From Octopus sinensis (taxonomy: Eukaryota): a stretch of DNA of 64,000 bases. The DNA lies in contig NC_043000.1 in NCBI RefSeq assembly GCF_006345805.1, positions 20,894,001-20,958,000 on the forward strand, read 5' to 3'. Below, one piece after another: positions 12,101 through 26,143 of this stretch; within the stretch, counting starts at the first letter, position 1; the number at the start of each line of letters is the position of its first letter. The notes below the pieces were generated by a model. That model was not told the DNA's origin. It did no database searches and saw nothing but the letters and a program-made list of their open reading frames with translations. Made by a program: the position numbers and the translations under genes.

Positions 12101-15061
12101 ATCAGGTGGTCTTGGGCAGAGATTGTATGCTACAGACAATGTAAAGAATCCTCTTCAGTTTTGTTAGGAGAATGACAAGTCTTTGGGTGATTGCAGTGAT
12201 AGTGAGGGGTGGGGGAGAGATATTATGTGTCTGTGAGTAAACCTATTCTAATCAACTGAATAGCTTTAGGGGAATTAAGGTCAATCCAGGATGTTTGTAA
12301 GGGTACATCAGCAGCACTAGAGGCTGAAATAATTGCATGTCTGGGCTTGAATATAGACAGCACTTCAGATTTGAAGAGGATCTCTTTTACTTGTTTCAGT
12401 CATTTGACTGCGGTCATGCTGGAGCACCACCTTTAGTCGAGCAAATTGACTCTAGGACTTATTCTTTGGAAGCCTAGTACTTATTCTATCAGTCTTTTGC
12501 CGAACCGCTAAGTTACAGGGACATAAACACACCAGCATCGGTTGTCAAGCAATGTTGGGGGAACAAACACAGACACACAAACATATACACACACACATAT
12601 ATATGCATATATACGACAAGCTTCTTTCAGCTTTCATCTACCAAATCCACTCACAAGGCTTTGGTCTGACCGAGGCTATAGTAGAAGACACTTGCCCAAG
12701 GTGCCACGCAGTGGGACTGAACCTGGAACCATGTGGTTGGTAAGCAATCTACTTACCACACAGCTACTCTTATGCCTAGGATCTATAAACAATTGAAGTG
12801 ATTTTCCAGTTTGGAAGAAGCCTAAACACTGGAATGATATTTTGGCAGAATTATGGATGTGTAATTGCTATAAAAGCTCATCAGGGATTATGAAACCAGT
12901 ATTTTGGAGAGTTTCAGGCTTTTAACTATCTGTTGTTCATGCATAGAAAGGGTGCAGTACAAGACTATTTACTTGATAAGTCCAGCAGTAATGTCTTCAT
13001 GCCACAGAAAGTGATTATTTTCAGAGACCAAGCTGCTTTCACTGTGACTGTTGGAAGTCTTTTTTACAATAGTCCTGTATTAGTTAGGGCCCTTCATCAG
13101 AGATCTTGTTTTATTAAAGATATGTCTTTTTAGTATTTTTGCAATTATTTATTGAACAAATGTATATATTTGTTTCTTTATGTTGTATACTGATGCTAGC
13201 CAACTTTCAATTCCTGTTTAAAGACTCAGCTTAAAGACACATTCAATGAGCCAAGTATAAATAGAAGTAACTGGTTCCTTGTGCAAGGAGCAGCTATCTA
13301 CAATGCCTGTACAGAGCTCGTTGATGGAACAGCATTGGTGTTCTCAGGCAAAGGCATGCGATTGGCTGAAACCTGGGATTTGGATCTCAGAGATGCTATG
13401 TAGGTCATTTTTTTCTTTTACTTATACTAACTTATTCTTGTATTCTTATATTCCTTAAAAGCACTTATGGTTTGATATATTTATTTGAAGCATTAAAAAT
13501 AAGAATAACAGCAGAGATGTTTATATTCAGCTTTCAAATTGAATTTAGCAATACCTATTTTTGAGTATTATAACTGAGTATTTTATTTTGTTAAAGTATA
13601 GCAACATAATACCTGCTGTCATGTAATATAATGAAAATTACATAATGAAAATTACATCACAAAAGAGAAAGTTGAAGAAAGATAACATTTTAAAGTATTT
13701 AAAAATACAATACTAGTTTATATAGAGGTATTATTAACATGATTAAATTTAGACATCTGTGTGTAATACATGTTGAAAAGGAATTTAAAAATACTGGAAA
13801 ATACTACAGACATCTTGTGTAACAATTTTATACTCACAGTTAAGTGCTAATTAGTCTTTTTTTAGAGAATAAATACTTCAGAGATGCTAATTACCAGATA
13901 TAAGGGCATAATAACTCTGAAACATGTCTGAGGTTGTCTCTTTTCATCATCATCATCATCATTTAGCGTCCATTGTCCATGCTAGCATGGGTTGGACAGT
14001 TTGCCTGGGCTATCATGCAGGAAGGCTGCACCAGACTCCAGTCTGATTTGGCATGGTTTCCCATAGCTGGATGCCCTTCCTAACGCCAACCACTCTGAGA
14101 GTGTAATGGGTGCTTTTACATGCCACCAGCATGGGTACCATTTGCATGACATCAGGGTGCGTTTACATGCCACTGGCACAGGTGCCAATTTCAAAGACAC
14201 TGGAATATGCCATGACTGCAATTTTGCTCGGCTTGATGGGTCTTCTTCTCAAGCACAACATAATGCCAAAGGTCTCAGTCATTGCCTCCATGAGGCCCAA
14301 CACTCAAAAGGAACTCAGTACTTTGCCTCTGTGAGGCCCAACACTTTTATTTGCTATAATAATTAAAATAATGTCAGTCAATGTTTAATATTTTTCCTGG
14401 CTGTATAATTATTTCTACTTAACATTGTAAGTATATTAGCACTAATGCAACTGTTAATTACTATTTATTTGGAATTTTCCAAATAAACGTATAAGTTTTG
14501 AAAATTATTATCTACAAAATACAAATGTATGATCTTTATTTAAAAAATTCATAATACCAGATTCATAATGTATACTGCCATAATTGGAGGCACTCAGCAA
14601 AGTGGTGAATGTGTGGAACCCAGTTCTAGAGACCAAAGTGTCATACTACAATATTCTATCAATGGTGGTAAGTCTCTTTTGTTATTCCTTTTACTCCAGG
14701 TACCAAATTATTAAGGAACAAATTTACCAACTTTATAATTTTTTCCAGATATTGTAAAGTTCAGATAAAAATATTTCAATGTCATAAGCTTCCTCCAGAC
14801 ACTGTGAAATTAAGATCGCATAGCCTTTCTCTTTTTTTCTCTTTCTCTTTTCTCTTTTACTTGTTTCAGTCATTTGATTGTGGTCATGCTGGAGCACCGC
14901 CTTCAATTGAGCAACTCGACTCAGGACTTATTCTTTTGTAAGCCCAGTACTTATTTTATCGGTCTCTTTTGCCGAACCACTAAGTAACGGGGACATAAAC
15001 ACACCAGCATCGGTTGTCAAGCAATGCTAGGTGGACAAACACAGACACACAAACACACACA

Positions 15062-15109
<48 letters not shown>

Positions 15110-18100
15110 CATATATACGACAGGATTCTTTTCAGTTTCCATCTATCAAATCCGCTCACAAGGCTTTGGTCAGCCCGAGGCTATAGTAGAAGACACTTGC
15201 CCAAGGTGCCACGCAGTGGGACTGAACCCGGAACCATGTGGTTGGTAAGCAAGCTACTTACCACACAGCCACTCCTGTGTATTCAAACCTTGTAGCAACC
15301 ATCATGTTGTTCATTTAACCATGCTACAGTATCACAGTATCAACCAGACCATTAAATGCTGTTAAACACCACTGGTCACAATACACTTCTAATTCTGTCT
15401 TAATTGCACCTTTCTTTTCCCTCTTGGCCCAAACTGCTAGACCAAATCATCTTCCCATCATTATGGGGGCCCTTCCAAGCAGCCTTTCCTGATCTTTTGG
15501 ATATCACTCAGCAACTACATGGGTCCACCTGTTGTCTGTGAGCCTTACAATTCAGTAGAACTTGTGCTTTCAGTATTCTGCAACCACATCATTCACTCCA
15601 CTTTTTCCTTTAATTATCTCATTTCAAATATGGTCTCATAATGATATTCCTAGCATAGATCTTTTCCATAGCCCCTTGTGTCATTGCCAATTAATATTGC
15701 ATCCTCTTCGTAATGGCCCACATCTCACTTGCATATAAGAGCACAGGTAGAATGGTGCTACTGAAGAGAAGACAGGCACATATGGTATCATCTAGCTTTA
15801 TTTTGGGCACATCATTTATTAACTTAGATGCCTTCTATCCCTTATTCTTTTTGAGATTTCAGGATCCATATCTCAGTACACATTAACCATGAAATATTAC
15901 TAAATTTTTAAGTCTACTTAACAGAAAATATTTACCAATTTTACTTTGTAATTGAATTATTATCATTTGGAAGGATATATAACTTCAAAGAAATCATATT
16001 CTCTTATATTTTTACATGCAAATAAAAATCAATTTCAAAATCTATATCCCTCCTTCTAATACATAAAATGGCATGTAAAACAGTCAGAAATATATACTAA
16101 TATCAATAGCTTGTAGTTTACTCTTTTACTTGTTTCAGTCATTTGACTGCAGCCATGCTGGAGCACCACCTTTAGTCAAGCAAATCAACCTCAGGACTTA
16201 TTCTTTGTAAGCCTAGTACTTATTCTATCGGTCTCTTTTGCCGAACTGCTAAGTTACAGGGATGTAAACACAGCAGCATTGGTTGTCAAGCGATGTTGGG
16301 GGGACAAACACACACACACACACAAACATACACACACAAACATACACACACACACACATATATACATATATACGATGGGCTTCTTTCAGTTTCCATCTAC
16401 CAAATCCACTCACAAGGCTTTGGTCAGCCTGAGGCTATAGCAGAAGACACTTGCCCAAGGTACCACACAGTGGGACTGAACCCAGAACCATGTGGTTGAT
16501 ATACAAGCTACTTACCACACAGCCACTCCTACACCTATAAAATAGTTTTGACCATTGTTTTCATAATTGTCAATGGCATCAGACTTTTTGTCTGTATTTC
16601 TTGCCTCCCATTTGCTATTCCCAAAACCATTTCCTTATCTGCCACTCATGCAACATGTTTCATATAGCTTATCTCCTATCTCTGAATGATTTTCAAAAGT
16701 TTTACAGTTTTTGTCATTTTGTACCCTCTGATATTGATAAAATAAAATACATCTATCCTCATTTGTTATGGGATTTGGGTACAAAAAAGTGATAAATGAA
16801 TCAGTGATAAATGAGGCTATATTGGGATTGAAATATATATATGTCTATAATACATCTTAAATGTGAATGGTATTATAATGCTAAATCTTAGAGATTTCAG
16901 TTTTTTCACTGTAACTGTAAGATCATTCCAAGTGGATGTTGCAATATGGTACTAGTTTCAGACCACCAAAGTGATTCCATAATTCTATATGCAAAGTTAA
17001 TTAATAAAATCTTAAAATCACCATCTGTGTACCATACAAAATTCCTACACACCATTAGAAGACATGAAGCTGTAGAACTGTCTGAAATAAAATCTCTTTA
17101 TAGGCTTGCTGTGTCAAAAGCACAAATTTATATCAGGAGGAGACAAACATCATTGCTGCAGTGAATCACAACCGAGACAAATGCATTTCTCCTTTGTTGA
17201 GACTTGTCAATGCAGTGCTTTGGTATTTTGTGGCAGCTTGCTGGGTTAGACAATTCCACAGTTTCATGCCTTCTAATAGAGTGTATGCTTTTAGTATTAT
17301 AGACAGATGATCAAGGTGGCGAACTGGCAGAGATGTTAGCACGCCAGGCTATTACGCCCATCGCTACGTTCTGAGTTCAAATTCTGCCGAGGTTGACTTT
17401 GCCTTTCATCCTTTCGGGGTCGATAAATTAAGTACCAGTTATGCACTGGGGCCGATGTAATCGACTTAATCCATTTGTCTGTCCTTGTTTGTCCCCTCAG
17501 TGTTTAGCCCCTTGTGGGTAATAAAGAAACAAATATTATAAACAGATGATGATTTAACTTTAATGCTGTCTCAATTGAGTTTACTAAATAATATCTTATT
17601 TTTTTTACATTTTTTTCTTCCAGGTATCATTTGGCACACAATTTATACTCTTGACTACAAATATTACCAACATCCAAAGACAGACTATCTAAAGTTGCCC
17701 TTCCCTGCTAGAACAGGCAGTACGCGTATTCGATGGTGGCAGCCCATGCCTCTTGATGACTTAGAAGTATTTCCCAGCTGGGCTCTGGACAATGTTTATA
17801 TTGGGGGATCAGAAATTAATCCTAGCTTACTTTGGTTAAATTTTACTCAAGGTATGCATGAACTATGGTCTAACTGGGAGTTTTCTCCACGCGGTCAAGT
17901 CAGCAAAGATTTCTGTTACAAAACTGAACATTCTCTAACGTGGAACAATGACAAAAGACAGAAAAGTTTGACTACAAATCAACTTATTGTTCAGGAAGAT
18001 TCCATACTCCAATTTAAGGTACAATATTTTATATCTTGTTTTATTTTATTTTATTGTATTTTTTTATTTAGACAAAAGACTGTTCTTAAGACCTGATAAA

Positions 18101-21100
18101 ATGGAAATGATATAGATTTTCTAAACTTGTTTTAATATTAAAACATTTAATCACTGTTTATATATGTGTGTAGTGATTATGTGTTTTCTTCCAGTAAATG
18201 CAAAAAAAAAAAGAGAGAAAATTGGAACTTTTCACAGAATTTCATTGATTCTGTCAAATAAGTTGGGCTTTTTTGATATTTTCTAGACAACTCCACCATT
18301 TCAAGACTTCTACATAAACTTTTTGTTAGATGATAGAATATACTAATGTCTAAGGCTAGGAGAGAACTACAGTTATGATAAAAGGTTGTTGGTGCCACAG
18401 TAGTTTGGAGAAGATATTCTTTTATGTAACTTTAGATAAAACACTTAAATCATCTTTGTAGCTGAGTTCTACAACAGGGCATAATATTCTATTCACAGAA
18501 ATCAAACATTATAAAGTTTGTGTGTTTATACCAGGCAAATATTCATATAAGAGGTTCCATCAATATTCCTTATTCAAAAGATATAGGTCTATTCATTTTC
18601 CATAGTGACTAAATTTGGCATTTCCATCTGAGCAGTCATCCTCACAGAGAGCTTTTTTGTTACTACATAGTAACTTTCTGTAAAGTATAAACAACATTGT
18701 GTTACATAAAAGATCAGAATACAGTGTTATTATTTGATATTCATAGAGCAAAGCAAAAGAAATATTCCTTTACCCAATAATAATAATAATAATAATCCTT
18801 GATGCTATTGTTTCTCCAGATTGCTATTGGGTGTAATAATAAATTCAACAGCTGCATTCCAAATAGCCCTGTACATCTTGAATTCAGGAAGAATCCAAGC
18901 ATTGGGAAATGGGAACACCTATTACCCATTTGCTTGCCAGATAACAATGTCTTGATGAGCTGCCGGCCTCACATACACCACAAAGCAAGTATAATGCATG
19001 CTGATGAATATCCAACTTGGACAAGGTACACTTTGAAATTACCAGACAAGGCACATTCAAGGTAAAATACAATTTTATTAAGACACATTAACCCTCTAAC
19101 ATTCAGATTATTCTGCCACATATAATGCTTATTTACTCACATTGTTTTGAATTCATTATGCATTAGCTTGTAGCTTTGAGATTTTGATGATGAGACTTAT
19201 TTCTAGAATGATATTATAGGATAGGTGAGATAGACCAGATATGATCAGTTATAACAGTGCTTCTCAAACTATCTAATGTGGTGAAGTGGCAGTTTTTTTT
19301 TTCCAGTGTTGCCAGGGACCAGTAATATTTTTTAGTAATATTAATTTACACCAGAAACAATATATATATAATGAATATAATAAAAGTTGACAATTTTTTA
19401 ATCTTGTATTTATTTAGTAAACAAATAGGCGTAGAAGTGGCTGTGTGGTAAGTAGCTTGCTTACGAACCGCATGGTTCCGGGTTCAGTCCCACTGCATGG
19501 CACCTTGGGCAAATGTCTTCTACTATAGCCCCAGGCCGACCAAACCCTTGTGAGCGGACTTGGTAGAGGGAAACTGAAAGAAGCCCATCGCATATATGTG
19601 TGTGTGTGTGTGTATGTTTGTGTGTCTATGTTTGTCCCCCCAACATCACTTGACAACCAATGCTGCTGTGTTTACATCCCTGTAACTTAGCAGTTCGGCA
19701 AAAGAGACCGATAGAATAAGTACTAGGCTTACAAAGAATAAGTCCTGGAGTCGATTTGCTCGACTAAAGGCGGTGCTCCAGCCTGGCCACAGTCAAATGA
19801 CTGAAACAAGTGAAAGAGTAAAATAATACAATATTACATAAGCATTTCGTGTTTCTTTCTTTTCTGGAAACTCGCCGTATACTGGCAGCTGATAGCTTGC
19901 GGACCGGCACTAGTCTGCTGACCACCACTTTGAGTAGCACTGAGTTTGAACATTAAACAGGTAGAATATTTGGACCAGATATGGCTGGTTTCAATGTTAA
20001 AGTGTCAAAAAGATTTTACTGTATTTAATAAGAATTTTAACCATATCAAGATCCATATACATTTAAAGTTATTCATCTTAGCATTACCAATATTAGCTTA
20101 TACGAGGCCTACTTGCTATTAACCCTATCATTACTATATTTCTGTTAAAAATACATTAGTTTTATGACAAGTAACACTCTGGTTATTGAAATATTGCCTA
20201 AGCATCAAGCTTTATCACTCATTTTCCAATTTGTCTTATTTCCCATTTTATGTGTAATTTAAACCAATAATCGATAATGGCATTTGCATTAAATTGAGAA
20301 GAGGACTGAGCTTTATAACGACATATTATAATCTGTTTCAGCTCCACACAAATACGCTGGGTCCAGAAACATGTGGAAGGAGCAGTATCACCACCATGGG
20401 CCCTTGATGAGATTTACATTGGTGAGACATGTCCAGATATGTGCAATGGCCGCGGAGATTGTAGAAAGGGTCGGTGCTTCTGTGAACCCGGAACAGTTGG
20501 TCAGTTCAATGTTGCTTTAATTTAGTGTACAAGCCATTTTGGCACAACCATTTTGGTGCTGCCTATTTGGCTTTGCTAATTCAATGCTGACTTATTTGAC
20601 ATCAGACATTTTAGTGTTTCCTTCATTCTCTTTGTCACTCATTTTTTCTCTCTCTCTCTCTCCCTCCTTCCCTCTCTCCCCCTACATCTCTCTTTCCTTC
20701 TCTCTTTCTCTCTCTCACTTTATATATTTCACACACATATGTGTGTGAATGTTTGCTTCCAGTGCTAAAAAGTACTATCAAAACAGGTGCATCCAAACAG
20801 CCATACTTAATCATCTCGTTCTATTTAACTTACTATCTTTTCCTTATCTTTTCTTTTTTTTTTTTATTATTTGTTTCAGAGAAACACAGTAGCCTTTCAA
20901 ACTTAGAACACAACCTGTTTTTGGTTTTTATCTGTCTTTCTCATAGAAAGACAGACACAATATGACTTCCTATTCCTAAAAAAATCCTACTTTTTAGAAG
21001 CACAGAACAATCGATTGTGTTCAAATGTAGCAAAACTGAATAGTTAAGGTATCAAGTTTGATATTTTTCTGTTCTCAGTTCAATATTTCATTATCATCAA

Positions 21101-21328
21101 CCCCTGGGCATTATTGTCCTGACCCTTGGGATTCACAGGGCAGGTTACCCATGTCCGGTGACATATTAGCAACTAAAATCATAACATTCCTTCTGAACAG
21201 GACACCAGACCATTGCAGAGTTATTCATTTACAGTTGAGTGATCAGAATCAATGTGAAATTAACCCTTTGAGCCCTGACCTCCTGAACCTTATTTTACCA
21301 TATACCTGGCTGTTTACCAGTGCTACAG

Positions 21329-21363
<35 letters not shown>

Positions 21364-23461
21364 GTTTAACGTCTGCTTTCCATGCTAGCATGAGCTGGAC
21401 GATTTGACTGAGAACTGCCGAACCAGATGACTGCACCAGGCTCCAATCTGATCTGGCAGAGTCTCTACAGCTGGATGTCCTTCCTAATGCCAACCACTTC
21501 GAGAGTGTGGTGGGTGCTTTTACATGCCACCGGCATGAGGGCCCATCAGGCAGTACTGGCAATGGCCACGCTCAAATGGTGCTTTTTATGTGCCACCTGC
21601 ACACAAGCCAGTCCAGCGTCACTGGCAATGACCTTGCTCGAATGTTTTTTCATGTACCACTAGCACAAGTGCCAGTAAGGCGACACTGGTAACGATCACA
21701 CACAAATGGTGCTTTTTACGTACCACCGGCACGGAAGCCAGTTTGTTGCTCTGGCAACGATCACGCTCAGATGGTGCTCTTAGTGCGCCACTAGCACAGA
21801 TGCCAGTCATCAAATTTGATTTCGATTAGAGAAAAATAAGCCTTCCACCAGTAAACCAGTTTTACAGGCTCAAAGGCTTAAATGTTTTATTGAAGAACAC
21901 AATGCACTGCTAAGTGCAGGAATTGAAACCCTACCATCTTGCAACCATGAGTACAACCCCCTTAAGCACTAAACTATGCATCAGAATAATTTAATTGGCT
22001 ACACTAGACCAATTTAATCAACTATACTCTCTCTTTTGGCCTTGACTTGGGAAGAAAGCATTGCTTCTACCAATATCATCATCATCATTGTTTAACATCC
22101 GCTTTCCATGCTAGCATGGGTTGGACGGTTCAACCAGGGTCTGGGAAGCCAGGAGGCTGCACCAGGCTCCAGTTTGATCTGGCAGAGTTTCTACAGCTGG
22201 ATGCCCTTCCTAACACCAACCACTCCGTGAGTGTAGTGGGTGCTTTTTACATGCCACTGGCTCAGGTGCCAGGGGAGGCTGGCTCGGCCATGATCTGTTG
22301 GTACTTTTTACGTGCCACTGGCACAGAAACCAGTCAAGGCAGCGCTGGCATCGGCTACATTCGGATGGTGCTTTTTACGTGCCACCGGCACAGGTATCAC
22401 AACAACCATTTCCATTTGATTTTTTGATGTTGATGTACTTGACTCAATAGGTCTCCTCAAGCACAGTGTGTATAATTTACTATAGATGATCAAAACTGAT
22501 TTTTCATATGATTTTAAAGTTGAATGTTCAAACATGTAACAACAAAATGTTGCATGAACTACTTAGCTGCCATAATGCCTGGTAATACATTTATATTTGA
22601 ATTGAATCATTAATGAATTCATATCTATGTAGAGATAGTTAGATCCTATTTTAAAACTATTTCTTCTAGAGACAGAGCTTGAAAGGAATAAGTTTTGCAA
22701 TTCTGTGGGAATCCTTAGAAATTCCTTGAAAAATTCCTAGCAGAATCTTAACTGTGAAAATTCTTTAAGAAAGGAAATAAATCAATGATAATTCTCCGTG
22801 TGATTCTGAAATTTTATATAATTTTACGTAACTGAAACTTCTAGTTTTTTCCTACTATTTCTATTTCTTTTGGTTTAAAATAAAAATTGATTAAAAATTT
22901 ATATTAATTCCAATAAATCAAATTTACTGATACACATACACACATACATACATGTATGTGTCTGTGTGTGTGTGACTGGTAACTGATTGTTTGCAAATAT
23001 TTGCATCTAAATGCAATTCCAGGAGTCAAATGAAATCTATGATTAGCATTTCAGATCCCGAACAAATAGATTTATTACATGTAATATATTACTTATTTAT
23101 TCTGGCACAGGCATATTACATACTGCATAATTTTTATTATAGCACTGATATATCGATTATTGAACATGAAAGTTTTTAGTTAGCAGGAAAGATGTGACTA
23201 AAATCTAATTGGAAAAATAGCAATGTTCCATAACTCTTTTACTCTTTTACTTGTTTTAGTAATTTGACTGTGGCCATGCTGGAGCACCACCTTTAGTCGA
23301 ACAAATCGACCCTATGACTTATTCTTTGTAAGCCTAGTAATTATTCTATCGGTCTCTTTTGCCGAACTGCTAAGTTACTGGGACCTAAACACACCAGCAT
23401 CGGTTGTCAAGTGATGTTGGGGGGACAAACACAGACACACAAACATACACACACACACACA

Positions 23462-23510
<49 letters not shown>

Positions 23511-24193
23511 CATATACATATATACGACGGTCTTCTTTCAGTTTCCGTCTACCAAATCCACTCACAAGGCTTTGGTCGGCCCGAGGCTATAGTAGAAGAC
23601 ACTTGCCCAAGGTACCATGCAATGGAACTGAACCTGGAACCATGTGGTTGGTAAGCAAGCTACTTACCACACAGCCACTCCTACATTTAAGTAGATAAAG
23701 AATAGATAATTATTCTATGCATTGTACCAAATGAAATGATAGGTGCACAAGAAGTGCAAATTAACAGAGAAGGGCTTTCTAAGTTGCAGGGGTATAGGAA
23801 TACTTAACAGTAGGAACACCGGTAAAATAAATTCTTTGAAATACTTGGGTTTTATAGCAGTCATCAATAAGATCTATTATCAAAGTAATCTAGTTTTCTG
23901 TGGAGGAGGTCATGTTGGAAACCTGGCAGCCTGAGTAAAAATAAAGTGGAAAATAAACTGAATCATATTTAATGCATATCCACATCAATAGGCCAGTTAC
24001 TGCATTGCACTGATCAGAATCAATGAGAAATTAACCCTTTGAGCCCTGACCTCCTGAACCTTATTTTACCATATACTTGGCACTCTACTGGTTCAAGGAT
24101 TAGTGCTCCAATTGATCAGATCAACAGAGAAGCCTGTTTATGAGATTATCATGCAAAATGGCTGAGCACTCCACAGATATGCTTACCCTTAAC

Positions 24194-24242
<49 letters not shown>

Positions 24243-26093
24243 CCAGATAGTGTTTTCACAAAGCAAAACCTGCTCCTACTTGTTTGGACATGAACTCACT
24301 GGGAAGCATCTGACTGAGCATAGGAAATATTCAGTAGGTAGTCAACACCTGAGCTAACAGTTGCCTACTGTCCTTCTCTTGCCATAATATTTAACCTAAA
24401 TACAGTAAAATGTTTTATGGACAAACATGGGTTAACCCTTTCGTTACTGTATTTATTTTGAGATGCTCTCTGTTTCTTTCAATTACTTTAAATATAACAA
24501 AGAATTTAGTAAAATAACTTAGTTATCATTAGGCTAGTGTTAGGAACATAAATTGTGACTAAGATTTGGTGGAAGATTTTAATGCAGAATTTTTGAAAAT
24601 AAGACATTTTACCACAGAGATAGAGCCAGTTTTGGCCAGGTTAGTAACAAAAGGGTTAATGTAATTCTCACGGAAATTCAGCATGACACAGAATATGACA
24701 AGGCTGGCCCTTTGAATTACAGCTACAACTTATTCTTGCCAGCTGTGCCAATGTGAAATAAAGTGTCTTGCTCAAGGACACAACACACTGCTGGGAATCC
24801 AACTCACAACATTGTATAGTGAACCGAATACCCCTAACCACTTGGCTACAACCATCTCTTTTAGATGAGCTGTGTTAAAAGCAGTTAATATCAGGGCTCA
24901 AAAATCACCCCTGTAGCAGCCAGTAAGAACACTAGATGCATTTTGGCCTTTCCAGGTCTTTTCAATGCCATGCACTCACAGCCAACCACATGCTTGGACA
25001 AGAATTCCAGTACAGGAAATGGTAAATAAAACATTCACTGGTGTCAAAAATAGCCACCTTAATCAATTGGCTAAAAAAAGGGGGATTATCTTTTTGAGCA
25101 AAAGACATTGGTATGATGTGGGATAATTTCTTTACTACCCACAAGGGGCTAAACACAGAGAGGACAAACAAGGACAGACAAACAGATTAAGTCGATTATA
25201 CCGACCCCAGTGTGTAACTGGTACTTATTTAATCGACCCCGAAAGGATGAAAGGCAAAGTTGACCTCGGCAGAATTTGAACTCAGAACATAACGGCAGAT
25301 GAAATACGGCTATGCATTTCGCCCAGCGTGCTAACGGTTCCGCCACCTCGCCGCCTTATAACATATCATGTTTAAAAACAAACCAAAAAGGGGTCAATCA
25401 TGACTGTTCCATTGAATGAACATTAATCTAAGCAAACAGTAACAGCACTGTAATAATTAACCATCAATAAATAAAATAAACCTAAAAAACCATTTAAAAT
25501 GACTTCTCTTTTGCAGGTACAACTTGTGCTCCAGATCAGACCAAGCTCTTACAAAGACTAACTGATTCCTTTGAAGGCTCCATGATTACCCATTATTGGG
25601 AATCAATCAAGGGAGGTGGTATAGGACTAGGTTGTGGTGCTCTTTATCCTTATGCACATGGAAAGTCTTTGTATTTCAATGGCTGTGGACAACGACATGT
25701 CATCACACAACCAATGAACCTCTTCACAGGAGGGTAAGTCAAATAAAAAAAATATATTTTTCTAAATGAATCCAATTATAGTAATCCCTCACCATATCAC
25801 GGTTCACCTATCATGCACTCAGTACACACTCAGCACATCGCTGTTCACTTATCGCACATTCAGTACATTGCGGATTTTTCTGGTTACTCTTTACTCTCTT
25901 TTACTTGTTTCAGTCATTTGACTGCGGCCATGCTGGAGCACCGCCTTTAGTCGAGCAAATCGACCCCGGGACTTATTCTTTGTAAGCCCAGCACTTATTC
26001 TTTCGGTCTCTTTTGCCGAACCGCTAAGTTACAGGAACGTAAACACACCAGCATCGGTTGTCAAGCAATGCTAGGGGGACAAACACACACACA

Positions 26094-26143
<50 letters not shown>

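Noticed and set aside
11982-12350. ORF 11982-12167 as a reelin exon or LINE relic
   Set aside because: No reelin motifs, and exons B and C already join in frame; the LINE similarity is too weak to support.
21236-21310. C/D-box snoRNA in the 70-bp duplicate
   Set aside because: The C box is imperfect (GTGATCA), the C-to-D distance is only ~47 nt, and there is no terminal stem.
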